In this document: positions 51,436-58,865 of the stretch, in pieces | Layout: each line of letters begins with the position of its first letter | Position numbering within the stretch: position 1 is the first letter of the stretch | Source: Oscillospiraceae bacterium | GTDB taxonomy: Bacteria; Bacillota; Clostridia; Oscillospirales; CAG-272 | NCBI GenBank assembly: GCA_015064785.1 | Contig: SVRM01000001.1 | Span: forward strand, 349-64,348 | Length of the DNA: 64,000 nt | Reading direction: 5' to 3' | Translations under genes and position numbers: made by a program | Notes under the pieces: generated by a model | Told to the model about the DNA's origin: nothing | The model's database searches: none | What the model saw: the letters and a program-made list of their open reading frames with translations, nothing else

Positions 51436-53463
51436 ATGATATACGAAATTCAAAAAAATACATGGTCACTGAATGTTTCTGTTGAAGAAACCGGCGTCAG
51501 CGTTACAGGCGGTCATTTCGGCTCTGTGAATCTTTTGCCCTCCCCGCTGTTTTCCATGCAATATGCACCGCTCGGCGGCAATGTCACGGGCATTGATTCA
51601 TCCTGCGGCTGGGAATCGGTTCGTTCGATCTGTGAGGACGGACTGTTCCGGTTCTGGTTTGTTCGCCCGCACGGGGCGGCCGACATTACCGTTTCTCTGA
51701 TGGGAACGATAGATGACTGCGGCATTTCCTGGCGGTGTGAGATCATCAACTGTGACAGCGCGTATTCCGTTCATGAAGTGACCTATCCCGTACCTGCGGT
51801 ATCCGGTCAGCCGCTGCATCTGTTCCTTCCAGACTGCTGCGGACGTGCACTGATGAATGCCGGTGAAAACGGTTTTTCCGCATGGTACGACTATCCCGGT
51901 CACAACATGTCGATGCAGTATTATGCATTCTGGGGGAATGCCGGCGGAATTTATCTCGGTGTTCACGATCCCGATGCCTGCATGAAGACCTTCCGTATCC
52001 GTACCGAACAAAATGAGGGTCATCTGCAAATTGATTATCCCGCCATCGGCATTGGCTGTCCTGCCAACTCGTTTGCCATGGGCGGCATCATGCGCTGGGA
52101 GTACCTCGGCGGCGACTGGTATGACGCGGCGATGATTTACGCGCGCTTTGTCCGTACCGAGGCAAAATGGATGCCGGTCAAGGGGCGTCCCGATACACCT
52201 CAGAAATTCAAGGAAATCCCCTTCTGGATCTGTGATTACATTCCCAATTCTCCGTCTCAGCTCGAAGCACGTCCGATGACACTGGCGACGGTCTCCGAGC
52301 GGTACGGCAAGGACTATTGGGTCGATGCGCCGATTGCACTCAAAGAGGCACTCGGCACACCGGTCGGCTATCACGTTTACAACTGGCACGAAATCCCGTT
52401 CAATATCAATTATCCGCACTTCCTGCCGGCAAAGGATACCTTCCTTGCCGGTGCTGCAAAGCTGAAAACCGCGGGGGTATACCTGTTTCCGTACATCAAC
52501 GCTGTCAGCTGGGAAATGGATGACGCGGAGGAAGGCTTTGCCGAAAACTTTGAAAACACGGGCAAATACGGAGCAGCGATCCGTGCCGACGGCTCTGCAC
52601 TTGATGTCATTTATCCGCAGAAAAAGGCAAGCGGCAGAGATACGCGCCTGGTCCCGATCTGCCCGACATTTCTGCGCTGGCACGGCATTATGGAGGAGGT
52701 TGCGCGCGGCATGGAAGCGTCTCTTCCGATCGATGGTATTTACTTTGACCAGATTGCCGCTGTCCCGTCCTTTGCGTGCAGAAGTACTTCTCACAGCCAT
52801 CTTCCCGGCGGCGGCAGCTACTGGTCGGACGGCTATAACCGCATGATGGAAAAAATCAACGCACGGAAGCCCCGGGACAAGTTCTATTTTTCGGAATCCA
52901 ACGCGGAGCCGTATATGAAGTCATTTGACGGCTATCTGACATGGGTCTGGACGATGGGTGACGACGTTCCGGCGTTCCCCGCAGTCTATGCCGGTTATAT
53001 CCAGATGCTCGGCCGCTACACCGATGGTGCCAAGCGCGATGACGATGTCTATTTCCGCTACCATCTTGCCGAGGGTCTGCTGTTCGGTCAGCAGCTTGGC
53101 TGGATCAATGCCCATGTCGTTTACAATGAAGAACGGATGCGTTATCTGAAACAGCTCGTTCATACACGTTATGCCTACACCGAGCTGTTCACGCACGGTT
53201 CCCTGCTCCGTCCGCCGGTTGTGAAAACCGACATTCCGCCCGTGACCTCCTCCGGTATCACAATGCGGCAAGTGGTTGCCGGTGCATGGAAAACGGCGGC
53301 GGAGGATAAAATTGTCATATTTGTAGTCAATGTATCCGAGGCGGAAGCAGCGGCTGAACTCACACTGTATCCTGCGGAATACGGTGCGGATGCACCCGCA
53401 TCGCTGTCTCTGACGCTTGCGCCGATGTCGGTGCAGGTACTGGAATATCCGGCAGCCCTCTGA
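51436..53463 (+). CDS. Large cytoplasmic protein of unknown function (possibly glycoside-hydrolase-like)
   Basis: 675 aa. AGGAGAAG RBS upstream, 20 nt after the ABC exporter stop. No signal peptide and no motif I can assign to a family with confidence. Confidence 0.7.
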   Translation: MIYEIQKNTWSLNVSVEETGVSVTGGHFGSVNLLPSPLFSMQYAPLGGNVTGIDSSCGWESVRSICEDGLFRFWFVRPHGAADITVSLMGTIDDCGISWRCEIINCDSAYSVHEVTYPVPAVSGQPLHLFLPDCCGRALMNAGENGFSAWYDYPGHNMSMQYYAFWGNAGGIYLGVHDPDACMKTFRIRTEQNEGHLQIDYPAIGIGCPANSFAMGGIMRWEYLGGDWYDAAMIYARFVRTEAKWMPVKGRPDTPQKFKEIPFWICDYIPNSPSQLEARPMTLATVSERYGKDYWVDAPIALKEALGTPVGYHVYNWHEIPFNINYPHFLPAKDTFLAGAAKLKTAGVYLFPYINAVSWEMDDAEEGFAENFENTGKYGAAIRADGSALDVIYPQKKASGRDTRLVPICPTFLRWHGIMEEVARGMEASLPIDGIYFDQIAAVPSFACRSTSHSHLPGGGSYWSDGYNRMMEKINARKPRDKFYFSESNAEPYMKSFDGYLTWVWTMGDDVPAFPAVYAGYIQMLGRYTDGAKRDDDVYFRYHLAEGLLFGQQLGWINAHVVYNEERMRYLKQLVHTRYAYTELFTHGSLLRPPVVKTDIPPVTSSGITMRQVVAGAWKTAAEDKIVIFVVNVSEAEAAAELTLYPAEYGADAPASLSLTLAPMSVQVLEYPAAL

Positions 53464-53473
53464 CTGTCTGTAT

Positions 53474-53504
53474 AAAAAAGGTACTGCAATGCAGTACCTT
53501 TTTT
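53474..53504. terminator. Bidirectional intrinsic terminator between convergent genes
   Basis: AAAAAA-GGTACTGCAATGCAGTACC-TTTTTT, a near-perfect palindrome flanked by A6 and T6. Confidence 0.75.
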
Positions 53505-54603
53505 ATGTTCCGAATTGTTCTTCAAGCACCCGCAGCGTTTCCACCGTATCGGCGTCAACCAACTCCCACCGGTTCGCCGCGGAAACGGTTTTCACACGCT
53601 CGGGATGCCGCTTCATGAGATAGCCGCCGCCCTTGCCCTCGGGCAGTGTCATCAGTGCCGCAAACATCTGCGCGGGAAAAATCACCGGTGCGCCAACGGT
53701 TTCATCAAACGCGGCACGGAAGACGGATGACCGATCTCCTGCCGCCGCCATTGCAAGCGCAGCGACGGTACTCTGCCCGAGCAGCGGCTGATCCCCCGGA
53801 CAGAACATACAGCTGTCAAGTCCGCAGCCGATGGCCTCCAGTCCCAGCCGGACGGTATCATTGCGGTGCGGCAGATCATGCAGTACCGTCCCGACATGCC
53901 GTGCGGCGCAGTAATCCGCGACATCGCGGTGTCGGGTCACGACCACACGGCGGTCAAAAATGCCGTGTGTGGCATCGAGAATCCGCCCGATCATCGGTTC
54001 TCCGCCGAATGTGGCCATCAGCTTGTTGCCGCCGAAGCGTACGCCCATGCCCGATGCCATAATCACACAGCCGACGTTTCCGTACATGCGGTCCAGATCC
54101 AGCACAAATACGTTCTCATACCCAAAACGCGAGAGAACAGATTCCAGTTCTTCCCTGCGTACTGCGGCAATCAGACGTTTTTTATGCATCAGAGCGCTCA
54201 GCGCATCAAAATAAGGATGGCAGTTGTGTTCAAGATAGCCGATTTCGTCCACCGTGACAAAAGTGCCAGGTGCATCGATGCTGCGGCGCAGCGCTTCTGC
54301 ACCGAATCCGTCAAAGCCGCCCGGAACTGTGGTCATTTTCCGTTCTTCTCCGGGACGGGTTGTATCATACCGTCCGACAACGGCACGCCGACCGGTCATG
54401 TTCTCTGTCAGAATCACGCAGTCACGCGGAACGGCGTGTGTGGTAATGCCGGCACATCCACTGCCGTTTAGCACACGCAGCAGCGTTGACTTACCCGATT
54501 GCCTGCTGCCGGTGATAATAAGATGCCGTCGTCCGCTTCCGACATAGGCGCGCATGACCGCATCGGCATCGGGATACCGCCGGTTCGTATTCAGTCCTGT
54601 CAT
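53503..54603 (-). CDS. Fusion protein: P-loop NTPase domain + MobA-like molybdenum-cofactor nucleotidyltransferase (MocA-type) domain
   Basis: 366 aa. N-terminal half has Walker A ITGSRQSGKSTLL and Walker-B-like FVTVDEIG. C-terminal half has VIMASGMGVRFGGNKL (NTP_transf_3 signature) and CPGDQP. ATGA overlap with the ABC ATPase stop. Confidence 0.75.
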   Translation of the reverse strand: MTGLNTNRRYPDADAVMRAYVGSGRRHLIITGSRQSGKSTLLRVLNGSGCAGITTHAVPRDCVILTENMTGRRAVVGRYDTTRPGEERKMTTVPGGFDGFGAEALRRSIDAPGTFVTVDEIGYLEHNCHPYFDALSALMHKKRLIAAVRREELESVLSRFGYENVFVLDLDRMYGNVGCVIMASGMGVRFGGNKLMATFGGEPMIGRILDATHGIFDRRVVVTRHRDVADYCAARHVGTVLHDLPHRNDTVRLGLEAIGCGLDSCMFCPGDQPLLGQSTVAALAMAAAGDRSSVFRAAFDETVGAPVIFPAQMFAALMTLPEGKGGGYLMKRHPERVKTVSAANRWELVDADTVETLRVLEEQFGT

Positions 54604-55427
54604 ATACTGTCCTCCACACTGTCTGTAGGCTCATGCATCGGCGCATCGCGCAGCATGACCCATTGCTCCGTACCTGCACGTGAGACACACCGCGACAGTT
54701 CTACCGGTCCGTATACCGAGGACAGCCAGCTTTCTGTTTCATGTTTGGGATCGGATGCAGGAGACACCGCTCCCACAATCCGTCCTTCCGATAAAAACAG
54801 CAGTCTGTCACAGCAGTTGAGTGCCAGCACCGGGTCATGCAGTGCAATCAGCGCACAGCCTCCCCGATCGGAAATCCACTGCCGCAGAAGGGCCAGCATC
54901 CGATACCGAAGCCGGAAATCAAGTGCGCTTTCCGGCTCATCCAGAATCAGCATCCGGCAGTCTGTGACAAGCGTCCGTGCAAAAATACATAGCTGCTTCT
55001 GCCCCTCACTCAGATGCAGATAATTGCGCTCCTCCATACCGCCAAGTCCGACGGTTTCCAGTGCCGCCGATGCTGCCTGCCGCATGTGCGCTGTCGGATG
55101 CGCAAGGATACCGAGCTTTGCATGAAATCCCATCAATACGACATCAATGACAGGAATATCAATGGAAATACCGCTTCTCTGCGGAATGTATGCACACAGA
55201 TTGGCAATGCTGCGTGACGACAGCGATTCCAGTGTACATCCGTCCAGCGTACAGCGTCCGTCATGCGGCAGGATCCCGCAGACAGCCCGCAGAAGCGTTG
55301 TTTTTCCGCTGCCGTTGGCACCGAGAATTCCTGCGACACAGCCCGACTCCAGCGAAAAGGAACAGTTTTCGATGATCGGATGCATACCGTATCCGACACA
55401 CAGCGATTCCGCCGAAAAATAACTCAT
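54600..55427 (-). CDS. ABC transporter ATP-binding protein (FecE/FepC/BtuD type)
   Basis: Start at ATG 55427 (MSYFSAESL), overlapping the permease stop. Walker A GANGSGKTT, signature LSEGQKQ, Walker B MLILDEP. Confidence 0.88.
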   Translation of the reverse strand: MSYFSAESLCVGYGMHPIIENCSFSLESGCVAGILGANGSGKTTLLRAVCGILPHDGRCTLDGCTLESLSSRSIANLCAYIPQRSGISIDIPVIDVVLMGFHAKLGILAHPTAHMRQAASAALETVGLGGMEERNYLHLSEGQKQLCIFARTLVTDCRMLILDEPESALDFRLRYRMLALLRQWISDRGGCALIALHDPVLALNCCDRLLFLSEGRIVGAVSPASDPKHETESWLSSVYGPVELSRCVSRAGTEQWVMLRDAPMHEPTDSVEDSI

Positions 55428-56389
55428 GATGCACCGCCTCTCCGTGTAATGAGCCAGACCAGAAATGGCGCACCGATCAGACTGGTAAAAATGCTGACCG
55501 GCAGTTCCGCTGCTGACACACTGCGCGCGAGGATATCCGCGCCGACCAGCAGAATGCCGCCGCAATAGCCGCCGAGCAGCATGGTTCTGATACGGTTGTC
55601 ACCGGTCAGCATCCGGGCAATGTGCGGTGCCAGCAGACCGATGAAGCTGATCAGTCCCGTAATGCTGATGACCGATGCCACATTCAGCGTTGCAAGCAGC
55701 AGCACCGCAAGCCGCATCATACCGACGGAAACACCGAGCATCCGCGCCTCCCCTTCTTCCGCCGACAGTACAAGAATCTGCCGATGCAGCAGAAGCAGCA
55801 GTGCCGTGCAGCCCAGACACAGCATCAGATTGCCGCCGACACCGTGTGCGCTTACACCGCTGAGTGAACCCATCATCCAGTATTCGATCGACGCAAGCTC
55901 GCGTTCGGGGTCAGCGGTCAGCTTCAGACACATCAAAACCGTCTGCGAAAGCGCATGAACCGCAATGCCTGCAAGCACAATGGTGCTGTTTTTTCCGCTC
56001 CGATCAAGAAAAGACAGTGAGATTGCCGCACCGACGGCGGCAAGTGCGCCAAGAAAAGCCGAACCTGTTACCGCCATGCCGCCCGACAGAAACAGTATGC
56101 CAACAGCAGCACCTGCTGACGCACCCGATGACACGCCGACGATGTCGGGTGACGCCAGCGGATTGCGGAACACCGTCTGAAAGACGAAGCCGGAAATCCC
56201 AAGCGCAAAACCGCCGACCGCACCGACCAGAACCCGCGGCAGACGCAGCGAACGGAACACGCGCCACTGCATGTCATCCCCGGCTGCCATAAGCTCGATG
56301 GACAGCGGATATTTACCGATAAACAGGCTCGCCGCTGCAAGGCCGAGGAGAAGCAGTGCGGCGGCGAGACAGATGGATTTTGTTTTCAC
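55424..56389 (-). CDS. FecCD-family ABC permease (iron-chelate/cobalamin type)
   Basis: 321-aa polytopic protein with the RLPRVLVGAVGGFALG and GLLAPHIARML blocks. Confidence 0.9.
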   Translation of the reverse strand: MKTKSICLAAALLLLGLAAASLFIGKYPLSIELMAAGDDMQWRVFRSLRLPRVLVGAVGGFALGISGFVFQTVFRNPLASPDIVGVSSGASAGAAVGILFLSGGMAVTGSAFLGALAAVGAAISLSFLDRSGKNSTIVLAGIAVHALSQTVLMCLKLTADPERELASIEYWMMGSLSGVSAHGVGGNLMLCLGCTALLLLLHRQILVLSAEEGEARMLGVSVGMMRLAVLLLATLNVASVISITGLISFIGLLAPHIARMLTGDNRIRTMLLGGYCGGILLVGADILARSVSAAELPVSIFTSLIGAPFLVWLITRRGGAS

Positions 56390-56391
56390 GG

Positions 56392-57426
56392 TTAGTTGGA
56401 AGCGCTGCCGGTCTGATATGCGAATCCGTAGAAAGTATCATAAAAGGTATGATACTGCGATGCCGCATATTCCTCTGTAACCTGCTCCGGATGCAGGATG
56501 TTTGCAAGCCAGACAGAACCGAGGATGCCGCTGGGAACAGGGCTGTCCCACGCTTCCGCATCCCCCGGCATCTGATAAACATTGCCGGCAGCAACCGCCT
56601 TGCAGTCTGCCAGATTCGGATCGGCAAGAACATCGGCTGCGGTGTAGGATGCGTCAGAGGCGAGAATGATGTAATCGGGATTCCAGGTCAGAAGCTGTTC
56701 ATAGCTGATATTGACCCAATAGGTATCGGAGATTTCCGCAGCTGCATTGACACCGCCAGCCAGCCGGATCATGTCAGACTGATACATGGCATTACCTGCG
56801 GTGGACAAAAAGTCGGAGTTGCCGGCAAGATATACAGAGGGGGCTTCGGTGCCTGCGATCTGCTTTTCCAGATCGGCCTCACACGCAGCGATGAAGTCAA
56901 GCAGCTCGTTTGCACGGCTGCCTTTGTTTGCTGCCGTCGCAATCAGTGTGATCATTTCTTCAAGCAGGGCCTGGTTTTCCGGATTGACAAGCAGGACATC
57001 GATGCCAAGGCCTTCCAGCGTTGCCGCCGCATCCTTCAGCTTCATCGGCAGAATGACCAGATCGGGGTTGAGCGCGGCACACCCCTCCAGATCAAATTCC
57101 TTTGCCGAACCTACGCTTGGCAGGGAGATCAGCTCCGGGGATGCCAGCTGATAGATGGAGCGCTTGTCTGCCTTAGCCTCGATGCCGACCATGCGGTCGT
57201 CAAGCTCCAGTGCGATCAGTGCGCTGGTGGAAATATAGTAACCGCTGACCAGCGTCTGCGGTTCTTCCTCGATGACAACAGTCCGTCCTGCCTGGTCTGT
57301 CACGGTGATGGGATATGTCACGGATGCGGGAAGATCGGATGTGTCGTCTGTTTTGGCGTCACCGCCGCACGCCGCCAATGCTGTCAGCATGACAAGAACC
57401 AATAACATAGATAAAATGCGTTTCAT
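56392..57426 (-). CDS. Periplasmic-binding-protein type 2 substrate-binding lipoprotein (FepB/BtuF class)
   Basis: Start at ATG 57426 behind GGAGG. Lipobox LTALAACGG. The NPDLVIL and NPDYIILA blocks are typical of the class. Confidence 0.85.
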   Translation of the reverse strand: MKRILSMLLVLVMLTALAACGGDAKTDDTSDLPASVTYPITVTDQAGRTVVIEEEPQTLVSGYYISTSALIALELDDRMVGIEAKADKRSIYQLASPELISLPSVGSAKEFDLEGCAALNPDLVILPMKLKDAAATLEGLGIDVLLVNPENQALLEEMITLIATAANKGSRANELLDFIAACEADLEKQIAGTEAPSVYLAGNSDFLSTAGNAMYQSDMIRLAGGVNAAAEISDTYWVNISYEQLLTWNPDYIILASDASYTAADVLADPNLADCKAVAAGNVYQMPGDAEAWDSPVPSGILGSVWLANILHPEQVTEEYAASQYHTFYDTFYGFAYQTGSASN

Positions 57427-57521
57427 AGAAACCTCCATGGCTTTCGTTTGCAAAGTCTTCCTTTGTCGGTATTTCGGGATGTGCCTGCAAAAGAGGACAA
57501 ACTCCGAGAATTTACAAAGAA

Positions 57522-57550
57522 ATTATACCAAATCCTCTGTACAAAGTCAA
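57522..57550 (-). promoter_or_regulatory. Candidate sigma-A promoter of the importer/MocA operon
   Basis: On the minus strand: TTGACT (57550..57545), 17 bp, TATAAT (57527..57522). Leaves a leader of about 90 nt. Confidence 0.5.
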
Positions 57551-57557
57551 GCAATTC

Positions 57558-57579
57558 TGTTATAATATTGTTATAATAT
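57558..57579 (+). promoter_or_regulatory. Tandem duplication of an extended -10 element (TGTTATAATAT x2) upstream of the molybdoenzyme genes
   Basis: 57558..57568 and 57569..57579 are identical 11-mers, each containing TGnTATAAT. Confidence 0.5.
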
Positions 57580-57607
57580 ATGAAAATGATTTTGAATAGG
57601 AGTTGTG

Positions 57608-58408
57608 ATGATGCTGACGATACAGAATTACGTCCGACCGCAAACGCTGGAAGAAGCGTGGGAGCTGAACCAGAAAAAGCAGAACCGAATCATCGGCGGA
57701 ATGCTTTGGATGCGCCTTGGACGGAGAAACATCGGGACCGCCATTGACTTGTGCGATCTCGGACTTAATACGATTGAAGAAACCGATGATGCCTTTCTCA
57801 TCAGCGCATCGGTGACACTGCGCCAGCTGGAGCTTCATGCGGGGCTGAACCGCTATTCCGGAGATGCGGTCTGTCAAGCGGTGCGCGACATTGTCGGTGT
57901 GCAGTTCCGCAATATGGCAACCGTCGGCGGAAGCATTTGGGGGCGGTTCGGCTTTTCCGATGTACTGACGGTATTTCTCGCCATGGATACCAGTGTCGAG
58001 CTGTACCGCGGCGGAGTGATTCCGCTGACACAGTTTGTCACCAAGCCGTTTGACCGTGACATTCTCGTGCGGCTGATTGTCCGCAAAACACCGGGTCGCG
58101 TCGTGTATTCGGCAATGCGCCGGCAGCGTACCGACTTCCCTGTGCTTGCCTGTGCCGTATCGGACATCGGCGGACTACACACCGTCATCGGTGCACGTCC
58201 TGCGAAGGCGATGGTCATCCGCGATGACACCGGACTGACAGTCGACAGAATTACCGAGGAAACCGCACATGCCTTTGCAGAATCGGTCGCCCGGCGGGTA
58301 CCGACAGCCGGCAATCTGCGCGGCAGTGCCGCATACCGCACCCATCTGATCCGCGTACTGACCGAGCGCGCGGCATTACGGCTTGGAGGAGAGGACAAAT
58401 GGAACTGA
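57608..58408 (+). CDS. Xanthine dehydrogenase family, FAD-binding subunit (CoxM/XdhB-like)
   Basis: About 266 aa with the GGMLWMRLG and ATVGGSI blocks. Start at ATG 57608 or 57611, behind AGGAG. Confidence 0.85.
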   Translation: MMLTIQNYVRPQTLEEAWELNQKKQNRIIGGMLWMRLGRRNIGTAIDLCDLGLNTIEETDDAFLISASVTLRQLELHAGLNRYSGDAVCQAVRDIVGVQFRNMATVGGSIWGRFGFSDVLTVFLAMDTSVELYRGGVIPLTQFVTKPFDRDILVRLIVRKTPGRVVYSAMRRQRTDFPVLACAVSDIGGLHTVIGARPAKAMVIRDDTGLTVDRITEETAHAFAESVARRVPTAGNLRGSAAYRTHLIRVLTERAALRLGGEDKWN

Positions 58409-58863
58409 TACTGACACTCAACGGAAAGAAAATCACCGAAACGGTGGACGCAGACCTGATGCTCATCGATTTTCTGCGCACACACGGCTGTCCTTCCGTC
58501 AAACGCGGCTGTGATACAGCAAACTGCGGTCTTTGCACGGTACTCATGGATGGAAAACCGATCCTTTCCTGCTCGATGCTTGCTGTACGCGCAGGCGGAC
58601 ACGACATCCGTACTCTCGAAGGCTTGCAGGAGGAAGCCGCCGATTTTATCGGATTCATTGCCGATCAGGGCGCTGACCAGTGCGGATTCTGCAATCCCGG
58701 TTTTGTCATGAATACCATTGCTCTGCTCCGTGAGAATCCCAATCCGACAGATGACGAGATCCGTGCATATCTTGCCGGCAACCTTTGTCGGTGTTCCGGG
58801 TATGACGGACAGCTGCGCGGTATCCGTGCTTATCTTGACAGCAAACAGCAGGGGGATACTTGA
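58399..58863 (+). CDS. Xanthine dehydrogenase family, [2Fe-2S] subunit (CoxS-like)
   Basis: 154 aa with the GCDTANCGLCTV and CGFCNPG...CRCSGY cluster motifs. Confidence 0.92.
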   Translation: MELILTLNGKKITETVDADLMLIDFLRTHGCPSVKRGCDTANCGLCTVLMDGKPILSCSMLAVRAGGHDIRTLEGLQEEAADFIGFIADQGADQCGFCNPGFVMNTIALLRENPNPTDDEIRAYLAGNLCRCSGYDGQLRGIRAYLDSKQQGDT

Positions 58864-58865
58864 AC

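Noticed and set aside
51598-52800. 400-aa minus-strand ORF inside 51436..53463
   Set aside because: It is antisense to a longer ORF that has a proper RBS and terminator. Its composition is Arg-rich and it has no start context.
57427-57521. Possible cobalamin or Moco riboswitch in the ~90-nt leader of the FecBCD-type importer operon
   Set aside because: The leader can form several short alternative pairings (UUUGCA/UGCAAA, UUUGUC/GACAAA). It is too short for a cobalamin riboswitch, and I see no B12-box-like GCCACUG or any Moco-motif core I can recognise. An Infernal/Rfam scan would settle it.
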